58,872 nucleotides of DNA. Source: a virus (Duplodnaviria > Caudoviricetes). The DNA lies in the IMG/VR virus record IMGVR_UViG_3300032896_000005, positions 1-58,872 of that record; one strand, 5' to 3'. The notes beneath the pieces were generated by a model. It was not told the DNA's origin, ran no database searches, and worked only from the letters and a program-made list of their open reading frames with translations. This document shows, one piece after another, positions 18,001 to 26,669 of this stretch; positions within the stretch are counted from its first letter, which is position 1; each line of letters begins with the position of its first letter. Both the position numbers and the translations under genes were made by a program.

Positions 18001-19341
18001 GATGAGGGGACGTGGGGGATGCCCGGCGGGAAAGCGCATGTGGGGGAGAATCCGTGGCATGCGGCTGTGCGGGAAGCATCGGAGGAAGTCGGGGATCTCC
18101 CCGGGATGACACTCATCCGGAACTTCAACCATGTTGAGGATGACGGGATCACCAGGGCGTACGTGTATCTGTGCGAGACAACTTACTTCCGGCCGGAGCT
18201 GAACGGGGGGACCCCGGAGGAGACCCGGGGGACAGGCTGGTTCCGGCGTAAGGAAATTGATGATCTGAAACTCGCCGCTCCGTTCCATGAGGATTGGTTT
18301 GAAAGTGTTAAACTTAGGGATCATGTCACCAAACATCAGATTGTGACGGAAAATGGCGAACAACTCACTGTTTCTGACCCTGGCGAGCGGCTTTATCCTG
18401 CTGGTGCTCGGTGGCCTTACCCTCATCGGTCTGATGGCGCTGAAGAACCTCATTACGGCACTAATTACGTACCGGAACCCCCCGTCCAGGAGCCTTTGCG
18501 AGAATATGACGGGGGGGAGGACCCGGGGGAGTTCCCAGGGCGTCGCAGGCGTAATCAGGGACCAAAAACTCAGGTGGAGCAGCGCGGTGAACTCCCATCC
18601 GATACTGACGGCGGAGCTGAGTCTGGTCTCTCTAGCCCTGGGAGTTCAACTGGGGTGCCGCCGGCTCCTGGTGGCGCACGGAAAGCATCGCCTGTCCCGG
18701 TAGTCGGGATGAAACCGCCGATGGCCCCTAAGCCGGGTAACCCGAGGTCGGTGCCCCCGGTGGTGAATGATCCGGGGGACGCTGTTGAACGGTGGTCGGA
18801 TGACGATGAGTCGGATGTCATCGTCCCGGTGAAGACTAAGGGCGTCTCGGATTTCAATGATCCGAACCCGGTGGACGCTGAGCATGTGTATTTGCAGATG
18901 GCGAAGAATTTCCCTGCGGATGCTATTGAGTGGGTGCGCCGCGCGAGGTGGGTCGGCCCGGTGTGGGTGCCGTGGGATCGCGTTGACACCGATGACCGGG
19001 ATGAATGGGCGGCGTCGCATCAGCCGGAGAAGGTCAATGAGTTCGCCAGGTCGATAGAGGATCATGCAGGGCATGTCTCCCCGTCGATCATGGTGCAGGA
19101 GCCGAACAGCAACCGCGCTTTCATCGTGGACGGGCATCATCGTGCGCTGGCCCGGGAGAAACTCGGCCAGAAGGTGCTGGCTTATGTCGGTAATATTGAT
19201 CCTAAGGATCGTATGGCTGCGATGGAGGCTCACAGTAAGCAGATCCATCAGGGTTCAAACCCGGAGAACAAGGGTGAGAAATCGACTTCCACGGGTATTT
19301 TCTACACTGACGCGCAGCGTGAGGCTGCCAGCGGAGTGTAA
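15058..19341 (+). CDS. Portal protein fused to MuF, NUDIX hydrolase and ParB-like domains
   Basis: Portal motifs (RRETPYGFPPIE, YFTEGSVP, AFDVQPIELG, SIDEVR); MuF (IARTE, CDIC, HPNCRC); Nudix box GGKAHVGENPWHAAVREASEEVG; ParB IVDGHHR. Confidence 0.88.
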   Translation: MVTKTRVALALKAVPGTRGSIAPQASGYGRISPVQSEAYFNNPYRNTYGPFLPRNPAVFSDGAFGPMPPIQPVPVDQPPSGGMFPDPRWWQYTQGWNLPTPPGTEGLKLASFDQLKTLSEKYSVARACITLRIDEILGLGWEIGLTKEAAKAYQGDHHANRDAGERIGRLTKFFRRPDPNYFTFNSFLSACLEEIFVYDALALIMRPKFGEQFGMGGRGLLGSAFDSLRLVSGPTIRPLLDLHGGHPAPPNPAFQQFLYGVPRSDYPTIIGGYDIDDSGLAGSEYNSFNIDVMRYEPLWTRRETPYGFPPIERALLPIISGLQKQEYQLDYFTEGSVPAVYISPGDANITATQVKELQDALNGIAGDPAFHMKVVVLPPGSKVEPQRPVDLSDGFDQLIMTQVCMAFDVQPIELGILPNIGSGGAQGASASAIRLGSQEAREVKSRKSTKPLLHYLTDIFNHIIQDTCHCDDLQFQFEGLADDEDKQAITELGVQQVQNGIASIDEVRDRLDLAPWGLSETSEPVVFTAQGPIPFSMAPQLIAAMQGAQQGGAGGGNNRTQSTNSGQRTASSRSTSKQPTVRQGGQTKPNGSHPAPLSPHRESLTPAHSAAGGAVQSSTPRTGGTTSRSSVAGSRKKAVEAELSSLGRHLRKGRDISTWEPAHITQGTLENVTGFLADGYLTDVALRKAGELHLAQFDEEDPVIKIEQDPPMWPGWAHDLAIVDTYKGLVADAFKAADVTASELRQKAASGRMFVSGPTLRGLISDGVRDTFMEVLKPLWAEAYSAGYASAKFLVTGEEPDFGTIKRGPNLQSFCETEGAHWLDQISRTGLKDVSARIPAIARTEVARAMNAGAIQAYRDNNVQYKHLLVAPDDTCDICKSAEEEGDIPLDAIFPSGGLGGPFHPNCRCVPAPAGVDLIPPQAAKAEWADLQPVMMGFQGPIPFEMEPQVIKVQEDEHTLCWLLLRARDEDGKYRFLLQQRDEGTWGMPGGKAHVGENPWHAAVREASEEVGDLPGMTLIRNFNHVEDDGITRAYVYLCETTYFRPELNGGTPEETRGTGWFRRKEIDDLKLAAPFHEDWFESVKLRDHVTKHQIVTENGEQLTVSDPGERLYPAGARWPYPHRSDGAEEPHYGTNYVPEPPVQEPLREYDGGEDPGEFPGRRRRNQGPKTQVEQRGELPSDTDGGAESGLSSPGSSTGVPPAPGGARKASPVPVVGMKPPMAPKPGNPRSVPPVVNDPGDAVERWSDDDESDVIVPVKTKGVSDFNDPNPVDAEHVYLQMAKNFPADAIEWVRRARWVGPVWVPWDRVDTDDRDEWAASHQPEKVNEFARSIEDHAGHVSPSIMVQEPNSNRAFIVDGHHRALAREKLGQKVLAYVGNIDPKDRMAAMEAHSKQIHQGSNPENKGEKSTSTGIFYTDAQREAASGV

Positions 19342-20169
19342 ATGATCTGGGACACGTTCCTGTTCTTCAACGAACTCGACATGCTCGAATGCAGACTCAC
19401 CGAACTGCAAGACGTCGTGGACAAATTTGTGATCGTGGAAGCCCCCCTCACCTTCCAGGGCAGGCCGAAACCCCTGTATTACGCTGACAACAGGGAACGT
19501 TTCACCCCGTGGGAAGACAAGATCGTCCATGTTATCGCGGATGACCTTGACGACTGCGGGGTGGGAGACCGTGATGCTTCATTCCTCCGTGAGGCCGCCC
19601 AACGGGAAAATATCTCCCGGGGACTGCGGGACGCCGACCCTCGCGACATCATCCTGCTCGGGGATGTGGACGAGATCCCTATCCCGCAGGTGATCACCCC
19701 CAATATGTGGACGGGGGTCGCTTTGGGGATGTCCATGCACATGTTCGCGGTTGACTGGCTGCACCCTGAGGTGTGGCCGGCGACTGTCGTTCAGGTGATG
19801 TGCGGGATCACGAGTTTCCAGACGCTCAGGAACATGAAAACAGGGTGGCCGAGGATAGCGGATGCCGGGCATCATTTCACGTTCCTCGGCGGCCCGGATG
19901 CTATCCGCGTCAAAGTGGACGCTTACAGTCATGTTGAGTTGAGGCAGGGGATGCTGCGTCATCTGGATGAGGGGCATCTTTATGAGCAGGGGCTTGCTTT
20001 CGGGGTTTGGAGTGCGGATAAGATTGAGGTGCAGCAAACCCCGATTGATGTGGATGCCTCGTTTCCCCGGTGGGTGAGGGAACGTGAATGCCCGGAAAGC
20101 TGGTTTCGTCCTAGGACTTCAACCCGAGGGACAGGTAATGAGCACTCGAACTTACACGGCGTTCATTGA
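19342..20169 (+). CDS. GT17 (MGAT3-like beta-1,4-N-acetylglucosaminyltransferase family) glycosyltransferase
   Basis: D.FLFFNELDMLECRL.EL..VVDKFVIVEA..TF.G.PKPL, E..QR, DVDEIP, GHHF.F, AYSH.E. Confidence 0.85.
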   Translation: MIWDTFLFFNELDMLECRLTELQDVVDKFVIVEAPLTFQGRPKPLYYADNRERFTPWEDKIVHVIADDLDDCGVGDRDASFLREAAQRENISRGLRDADPRDIILLGDVDEIPIPQVITPNMWTGVALGMSMHMFAVDWLHPEVWPATVVQVMCGITSFQTLRNMKTGWPRIADAGHHFTFLGGPDAIRVKVDAYSHVELRQGMLRHLDEGHLYEQGLAFGVWSADKIEVQQTPIDVDASFPRWVRERECPESWFRPRTSTRGTGNEHSNLHGVH

Positions 20170-20295
20170 CGTCAAAGACCGCAGCCACCGTGATTCCAAG
20201 GCGGTGACGTTTAAGGTTAGGCGTCCGCGTCGATGGTGGTTTCTCTGGCTGTTTTAACGTACGATTTGGTTGAGATCTCAACTTTGAGGAGCAGT

Positions 20296-20640
20296 ATGGC
20301 TTTGACTATCACAAGCTGGGTTTTCGACCAGCCTGTTTACAACCCGGGTGCGACGATCACTTTGACTGTTAACTACACGTCAACGGACGGCACCAGCGCT
20401 AATGTTTCAAGTGGGGTTATGGTGACCGTGACGGACTCCGCTGGCTCCGCTACGGAGACGTCGGACGGGAGTGTCAACTTCCCTGATTTCGCGACTGCGG
20501 GAGCTGTTACTGCGGACCCGACGACTGTTTCGGTTTCGGATAACCGCACTCCTGCGGGTGCGTGGACTCAGGTTTCCAACACCTTGTCGGGGAGCGCGGC
20601 TCCGTTCACTGGGGTTGCTGTTTTCACTTCGGTAGCTTAA
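20296..20640 (+). CDS. Ser/Thr-rich Ig-like small protein
   Basis: SD GAGGAG; FDQPVYNPGATITLTVNY. Confidence 0.65.
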   Translation: MALTITSWVFDQPVYNPGATITLTVNYTSTDGTSANVSSGVMVTVTDSAGSATETSDGSVNFPDFATAGAVTADPTTVSVSDNRTPAGAWTQVSNTLSGSAAPFTGVAVFTSVA

Positions 20641-20650
20641 CGGGAGGTGT

Positions 20651-20941
20651 GTGGAGAGCATCAAGTCAGCGGAGACCCCTGAACTCTCCACACATCACTC
20701 TCCTATCGGCCATGAAGGCGTCTGGCATTCCAGGCATCCGCCTAAGCAGCTCCCAGCTTATTTGCAGAACGTGCGCAACGCCCTCATGAGAGCCGGGCAT
20801 GATGAAGGATCGGCTCATGCCATGGCCCTGTCCGCCCTCCGCAGATGGGCGGAGGGCGGCGGGCATGTCACTCCTGAGGTGCAGGCTGCTTCCCGGAACG
20901 CTCTTGAGGAATTCGAGAAACTGCAGGCGCACCATGAGTAA
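20651..20941 (+). CDS. Hypothetical phage protein
   Basis: SD GGAGG; helical ORF. Confidence 0.6.
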   Translation: MESIKSAETPELSTHHSPIGHEGVWHSRHPPKQLPAYLQNVRNALMRAGHDEGSAHAMALSALRRWAEGGGHVTPEVQAASRNALEEFEKLQAHHE

Positions 20942-21167
20942 AAAGAAGAAACTTTCCAAAAAATTCCGCAAAAAGCATGAGCGAGCCCAGATTCTTCTCA
21001 CAAAACTCGCAGGAGTACTTGACCAACTCGATTCCGATAAGATATCAATAGAACTAACGTCAGGCGTAGTCTGCTCAAAATACGGTTACGTGCTCCCGTT
21101 CAGGACCGGCTGGGCTGTTCGGATGATGATTGATCCCGGGTATGAGCTGGATGATGACGAGTTCTGA
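20934..21167 (+). CDS. Hypothetical protein with basic N-terminus
   Basis: ATG overlaps the end of the upstream gene. Confidence 0.5.
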   Translation: MSKKKKLSKKFRKKHERAQILLTKLAGVLDQLDSDKISIELTSGVVCSKYGYVLPFRTGWAVRMMIDPGYELDDDEF

Positions 21168-21841
21168 AGGTACCCGATAGCCGCTTGCAAGAACTGCGTG
21201 TTGTCCTTAAACAAGCCTAGCGCGACGTTACATTGGTGACAGAGCAGCCCCCGAGGGTGGCCGTCATCGTGGTTGTGGTCCAGACGAAGCTTTTTCCCGG
21301 TCGACTCTTCTTCAGTGGTACCGCAGATAGCGCAACGATTGCGTTGTTTATCTCCGAACACTGCACGAAAATGTCGATAGTGTTTCCAGCAAACGCCTGA
21401 TTTAGCGCTTCGTCGTTCGCAATCGACCACCGCACATGACGCTACTGGCAGTAGGATCATTTTGATGTTCGGGTCCCCGTGGATTTTCCAGCGCTGGTAG
21501 TGCATATGGCACATTCCCCGACATTCGATTGGATTGCGACAATAGCCGCTCTCGCCAAGTCGTACCGAGCATAGTTTACGAGAGCGTGGTTGTCGAGGCG
21601 GCAGTTCCAGGCTTTCGTACTTGCACCAGCGAGAGTAGTGCGCAGGGCAAAGTCCGAGGCTCCTTACTGGTTTCTCGCATCCATCCGCCCGGCAAGTCGT
21701 GTTTATGTAACCCGCCGGTGGTCGACGGGTAATTTTCAGCGGATCGCCATGCCGTCGCCAACGCTGATAATGCTTCTCGCACCAGCCTTTAATCTTAGCC
21801 AATTTGTCGCAGTCTACAACACTGCAAAACTCGCTTGTCAT
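21086..21841 (-). CDS. Endonuclease VII-type HNH homing endonuclease with four Cys/His repeats
   Basis: CAICG...LDHNH..G.PRGLLC..CN.ALG.F.DN; C....C......G.C..HY repeats; leaderless TATAAT-N6-ATG. Confidence 0.88.
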   Translation of the reverse strand: MTSEFCSVVDCDKLAKIKGWCEKHYQRWRRHGDPLKITRRPPAGYINTTCRADGCEKPVRSLGLCPAHYSRWCKYESLELPPRQPRSRKLCSVRLGESGYCRNPIECRGMCHMHYQRWKIHGDPNIKMILLPVASCAVVDCERRSAKSGVCWKHYRHFRAVFGDKQRNRCAICGTTEEESTGKKLRLDHNHDDGHPRGLLCHQCNVALGLFKDNTQFLQAAIGYLQNSSSSSSYPGSIIIRTAQPVLNGST

Positions 21842-21866
21842 AGTCTAATTATATTAGAGGAGTCAT

Positions 21867-24638
21867 GTGGCCGCAACCCTAACAGACGCCGGGGAGCTGA
21901 CTTACGTCGCCTTCAATATCGAGAAGGTGGAAAGTACAGACGATGGCGATCTAATCGTCGTAGGGAAAGCCAGCGACGGCGGCTTGGACAGCGACCAGCA
22001 AATCGTAGACCCGACTTGGATGGCCAAGGCTGTTCAGGAATGGCTTACCACCGGCGGCAACATCAGGGAAAGTCATAACCCCCAGCGGCCTGTCGGCAAG
22101 GGCATCGAGGCGAACACTGACGATTCCGGGGCTACCTGGGTGCGGTCGTTGGTCGTCGATCCCCTCTCCCAGAAGCTTGTCTCCAAAGGTGTGCTTACAG
22201 CTTACTCCGTGGGTATTGCTCGCCCCACTATCGTCCGTGACGGCACCGCCCCCGGCGGCCGAATCACGGCCGGTGAGTTGGTTGAAATTTCACTCGTCGA
22301 TCGGCCGGCTAATAAGCGTTGTGGTATTCAGCTGGTGAAGTCGGTTGATGGTGTCGCGGAGTTCTCCGGTGAGGTTTTCGGGGCTGAGGAAGATATCGCT
22401 AAGGCTTTGGGTGTTGACATCTCTAAGTCCGCGATCACGCCGTCTTCCAGCGCGGATGCGGTTACGTGGACTGATGTGATCATGTCAAGTCCTGATATGA
22501 GCGTCACTTTCACACCTAATGATCTGATGAAGATCATGCAGAACAAGTTTGTTGAGAAGCATTACGATGAGCTGGCTTTCCAGGCTGTCGCCGACGCTGA
22601 AGTTGAGACGTTGAAGTCGGCGGGTGTTGAGAAGGATCATCGGGAGTTCAGCGCCGAGCAGCGTCGCCATGAGGCAAGCGCCGGCCACAGCTTGCCGGAC
22701 GGGTCGTATCCGATTCCGGATAAAGACGCCCTTCGTCGCGCGGCGATTCTTGCGCGTAGCGGGCATGGGAATGTATCCGCTGCGCGGGCACTAATTGCGA
22801 GGAGAGCGAGGGAACTCGGTGTGGCGAACCCACTCGACAGTAACGATTCCGAGAAGACAGTTGATGTTATCGAGACGGTTAAGGAAGCCGACCCGGTTGT
22901 CACTAAGGACCCGGCTGACGGTGACGGACCCGGCCCGGTTGATCAGAAGATGCCGAAGAAGAAGAAGGGGAAGAAGCTTCCTCCGTGGCTGAACCAGAAC
23001 AAGGCTGATACGCCTGATGCGCCTGTTAAGGGTGATGACGCGGATGGTGACGCTCCCGCTGAGGGTGATGAGGTGGCGGAGAAGTGCATGCCGTCCGGCA
23101 CCCCGCAGTCCACGTCTGGGGCTAAGGACGCCGCTCCGATGAAGGAGATCCCGAACACGGGCATGGCTCCTGAGTCGCCGATGCCGGCTGGGCGGAAGAC
23201 CCCGGACACGAAGACTTACGGGGGGAATCCGGAGACTGCGGCGATGCTGCGGTTCAAGACGATCGGGATTGACGCTGACCTGGGGCGGCTGCATGATCTG
23301 ACGTGCCCGGCGTATCACCCGGATGATGTCGCTAAGTATCATCCGTACGCTGATTTCCAGTCTGTTGTGGATACGGGGGTGTGGCAGCGGAAGGCGATTG
23401 ACGCTGCGTGCGGGCCTTTGCAGAAGGCTATGCAGATGACGGAGATCTGGCAGGCCGCTGAGACTCTGAAGGGTGCCAGTGAGGGTGAGCTGAATGATTT
23501 CCGTTTGGAGATGCATAAGGCTTTCCGGGACGCTAACCCCGGCCCTACCAGTTACCCGTCTCCGGGGTGCATCACCCCGAATGGGTATAACCGCCCGTTG
23601 ATCACGGATGGGCATGCTGCTTCGTCTCCCGGTCACAGCGGTCCTAATTCGAGTGCGGACGTCGCTTCGGGGCCGGTGATGGGCGCGAGTGGTTTTGATC
23701 GTCCGCCGTTGTCTGCGGGGCATCAGACGCCTTCCCCTTCGTTCATGAAGGGTGGGTTCGAGTACCCGAAGACGCCGGGGGTTCCGACGTCTATCCCGTA
23801 TGCGTATTTGGAGAAGGAGAAGGCTCGTCGGGCTTTGAGCATGATGCATGATCATCTCGCGCATGCTTTCCCGCTCGCTTGCCCGATGCTCGCGCAGGAT
23901 GCGTATCGTCCGGAGGGGACCCCGGTGTTGCCTTCGACTGAGGGGATCGGGAAGAGCGAGGATGTCGCCGTGATTCCCGTTGAGGCGACGGTGAAGGTTG
24001 AGGATGTTTCCGGGGACTTCCTGGAGAAGGCTAAGAAGAAGATGCGGAAGAAGCTCGGGAAGAAAGTCCTGTCCGGGAAGATGACGGTTGACGAGGCTCG
24101 CAGTCGGCTGGGCCGGAATGTTTCGCAGAAGGCGGCGGAGCTGGAGCAGCGGGCGCAGATAGACGCTGTTTCGGAGCGGGTCGCGAAGGGGCTTATGAGT
24201 GTTGATGATGCTCGCGCTCAGTTCGGGTTGCCGCCGTTGGTTAAGTCGGATGAGCCGGAGGTTGTTAAGGCCGCGACTGTTCATGAGGGTGTCGTTGTCA
24301 GTAGTGACGCGGAGATCATGAAGTCGGCTGTCACTGAGGCGCTGACCCCGCTTATCGCGAGGATGCAGGAGCTTGAGGCTTTCAAGGCGCAGTCGGATGA
24401 GCGTTTCGAGAAGCTCGCCAACATCGCCGACCCCACCACAGACGCTTTCACCGGGATCGCTTTGAACCCGGTGAAGAAGGCTGCACGCCCGGCGGGTGTG
24501 CCGTCGCAGGCTGAGATCGCGGAGCGTACTCAGCAGATGATGATCAGGCAGCTTCAGCGGACTGCTTCGATCAGCGATAATCCCGCTGAAAGAGAAGCGG
24601 CTTGGGCTGCTTTGCAGAAGTATCAGACTATTGACTAG
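21867..24638 (+). CDS. Prohead protease (HK97-like fold) with scaffold-like extension
   Basis: GKAS...LDSDQQIVD, NIRESH (His), AYSVG (Ser), EISLVDRPAN; PDGSYPI domain; charged helical C-terminus. Confidence 0.85.
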   Translation: MAATLTDAGELTYVAFNIEKVESTDDGDLIVVGKASDGGLDSDQQIVDPTWMAKAVQEWLTTGGNIRESHNPQRPVGKGIEANTDDSGATWVRSLVVDPLSQKLVSKGVLTAYSVGIARPTIVRDGTAPGGRITAGELVEISLVDRPANKRCGIQLVKSVDGVAEFSGEVFGAEEDIAKALGVDISKSAITPSSSADAVTWTDVIMSSPDMSVTFTPNDLMKIMQNKFVEKHYDELAFQAVADAEVETLKSAGVEKDHREFSAEQRRHEASAGHSLPDGSYPIPDKDALRRAAILARSGHGNVSAARALIARRARELGVANPLDSNDSEKTVDVIETVKEADPVVTKDPADGDGPGPVDQKMPKKKKGKKLPPWLNQNKADTPDAPVKGDDADGDAPAEGDEVAEKCMPSGTPQSTSGAKDAAPMKEIPNTGMAPESPMPAGRKTPDTKTYGGNPETAAMLRFKTIGIDADLGRLHDLTCPAYHPDDVAKYHPYADFQSVVDTGVWQRKAIDAACGPLQKAMQMTEIWQAAETLKGASEGELNDFRLEMHKAFRDANPGPTSYPSPGCITPNGYNRPLITDGHAASSPGHSGPNSSADVASGPVMGASGFDRPPLSAGHQTPSPSFMKGGFEYPKTPGVPTSIPYAYLEKEKARRALSMMHDHLAHAFPLACPMLAQDAYRPEGTPVLPSTEGIGKSEDVAVIPVEATVKVEDVSGDFLEKAKKKMRKKLGKKVLSGKMTVDEARSRLGRNVSQKAAELEQRAQIDAVSERVAKGLMSVDDARAQFGLPPLVKSDEPEVVKAATVHEGVVVSSDAEIMKSAVTEALTPLIARMQELEAFKAQSDERFEKLANIADPTTDAFTGIALNPVKKAARPAGVPSQAEIAERTQQMMIRQLQRTASISDNPAEREAAWAALQKYQTID

Positions 24639-24668
24639 TACGCTCCTATTTTTTTGATTGGAGGCTGT

Positions 24669-26561
24669 GTGGCGGATATTCTATCTGCTGAAGAGGCTGC
24701 ACCCCAGATGGGGAATGCTGGTCTCGGTGGTGTCCAGGCAGCCAACGCTGCGACCGCTCGCCGGTCGTCTTATGAGGGTATGTTCACCAGTAAGGCGAAG
24801 ACTCTCGTTAAGGGCGCTGGGCATGTTTCGAATGGCGGTGTCCCGCTGAATGATGTTGATCATTCTGGTCAGATTTTGACGAAGGCGCATCAGGCGATCT
24901 TGAATACCCGCACTTCGACGGTGCAGGGTACGTGGGACACTGAGAATGTTGTTAACGGGATCGCGCCGGAGTTCTGGGCGCAGCGTGGTGCGCCGTTGAA
25001 GTCGCAGGCGATCACGGACGCTAACATCCGTAAGAGCTTCACCGCCGGCAACCTCGGGTATTCCGGCGTCCCGTACGGTCTTGTTCCCTATGATCTTCTG
25101 GCCCCGTCCCGGCTGATCTACCCGGTTTACACTCTTTTCCGTAATAAGTTCCCTCGTCCTGCGGGTCAGGGCGCTGCGCGTGAAGTTCGTGGTCTGCTGG
25201 GTATCAGCGGGTCTCAGACTGGCGGGCAGGGGATTCTGGACATTTCCACGACTGAGCTGGTTGGTTCTAACAAGAACTTCACCGCTCAGGGGAACTGGCC
25301 GTTGAACATCCCCCAGTCGGGAAGCCAGACTGAGTACAAGCTGACCGTCCCTTACCGGTTCTTCGGGTTGAGTGAGTCTCTCACCTGGTTGGCTCAGTTT
25401 GAGTCGCAGGGGTTCGAGGATATTTCCGCTCTGGCTAATCTTGTGCTTTTGCAGGAGATGATGCTGGGTGAGGAGTACCAGATGATCGCGGGTTCCTCGC
25501 AGAACCTCGCCGCTCCCGCCGCTCCCACTCTGACTGCCCGTACTGCGGGCGCTAACGAAACCGCTTTGACCGGGTACACCAGCTCCGTCGCCGTTAAGGT
25601 GACCGCGTTGAACTACTTCGGGGAAAGCCTCGTCAGCGCGGCCAGTTCTAACACGACTGTCTCTGCGGGGCAGGTTGTCGACGTTACGATTTCCCCGGTT
25701 GCGGGTGCGCAGCAGTACAACTTTTACGTTCAGAACAACAACACCGGCAGCTACTACCTTCAGGCGGGGACTTCCGTTCAGGCCGGGGTTTCCTATGCGG
25801 GTAACCAGACAGCGAACAGCGTCGGCGGTCTGCGGTTCACTCTTCAGGGTGCAATCGCCCTCTCGACGAACAGCGTCGCCGCTCCGACCGTTGACTCCGG
25901 CACCGGCGGGAGCAACCGTATGGAAGGTCTCATCCCGACCCTGACCGGTCTTTCCGCGACCGGCTCCGGCCCTTACAGCAATGTCGGGTTCGAGTCGAGC
26001 AACGTGTGGAAGGGCGGGTACGTCAACCAGTCCGTTGGGACTCACCTGTCCACTAACGCTATCTTCACCGCGTTGGACGCCCTGTGGGAGAACAACGGGA
26101 TGAACAACGTTTCCCCGGGTGTGTACAAGGCTGACCCGTCCGAGATCGTCGCTGACGGTGGCGATTTGATGCGGCTGGCTAACGACATGCTTTTGCAGGG
26201 GAACGCTCTTAACTATCTGCTTAACATCAGCCAGGACCAGATCTCTGGTATTAGGGCTGGCGCTGCGGTTGCTGAGTTCGTGAACCCGGTGACCCGCAGC
26301 ACGGTTAAGCTGACTGTCCACCCGTGGTTGTCTCAGGGCACCGCTTTGCTGATGAGCTACCAGCTCCCGCAGACGTGGAGTCATGTTGACAATGCGTGGG
26401 AAATGACCGTCGTGCAGGATTACGTCAGTGTCGCATGGCCGGTTATTGACGCCACCTTCCGCTATTCCATCTTTTTGCTCGGCACTCTCATCGCGCACGC
26501 TCCGTTCTACTCGGGGATTCTGCAGGGTCTTCAGGTATCGGACGTGACCCCATATTCTTAG
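24669..26561 (+). CDS. Major capsid protein with inserted FN3/Ig-like segment
   Basis: Follows the protease; SD GGAGG; insertion APAAPTL...VTALNYFGES...YNFYV. Confidence 0.8.
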   Translation: MADILSAEEAAPQMGNAGLGGVQAANAATARRSSYEGMFTSKAKTLVKGAGHVSNGGVPLNDVDHSGQILTKAHQAILNTRTSTVQGTWDTENVVNGIAPEFWAQRGAPLKSQAITDANIRKSFTAGNLGYSGVPYGLVPYDLLAPSRLIYPVYTLFRNKFPRPAGQGAAREVRGLLGISGSQTGGQGILDISTTELVGSNKNFTAQGNWPLNIPQSGSQTEYKLTVPYRFFGLSESLTWLAQFESQGFEDISALANLVLLQEMMLGEEYQMIAGSSQNLAAPAAPTLTARTAGANETALTGYTSSVAVKVTALNYFGESLVSAASSNTTVSAGQVVDVTISPVAGAQQYNFYVQNNNTGSYYLQAGTSVQAGVSYAGNQTANSVGGLRFTLQGAIALSTNSVAAPTVDSGTGGSNRMEGLIPTLTGLSATGSGPYSNVGFESSNVWKGGYVNQSVGTHLSTNAIFTALDALWENNGMNNVSPGVYKADPSEIVADGGDLMRLANDMLLQGNALNYLLNISQDQISGIRAGAAVAEFVNPVTRSTVKLTVHPWLSQGTALLMSYQLPQTWSHVDNAWEMTVVQDYVSVAWPVIDATFRYSIFLLGTLIAHAPFYSGILQGLQVSDVTPYS

Positions 26562-26619
26562 TCTGTGAGCTGCGGAAACGCGGTTTTGGCACGGAATTGC
26601 TTCATAGACTTGGAAGCGG

Positions 26620-26669
26620 TAGACTTTCTCTCGGGGTGAGGAAACACCTTGCCCCGAGAGGAGTCACCA
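26620..26669 (+). promoter_or_regulatory. RBS-sequestering hairpin with overlapping -10 box
   Basis: GACTTTCTCTCGGGG pairs with CCCCGAGAGGAGTC and covers SD GAGGAG; TAGACT at 26620. Confidence 0.65.
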
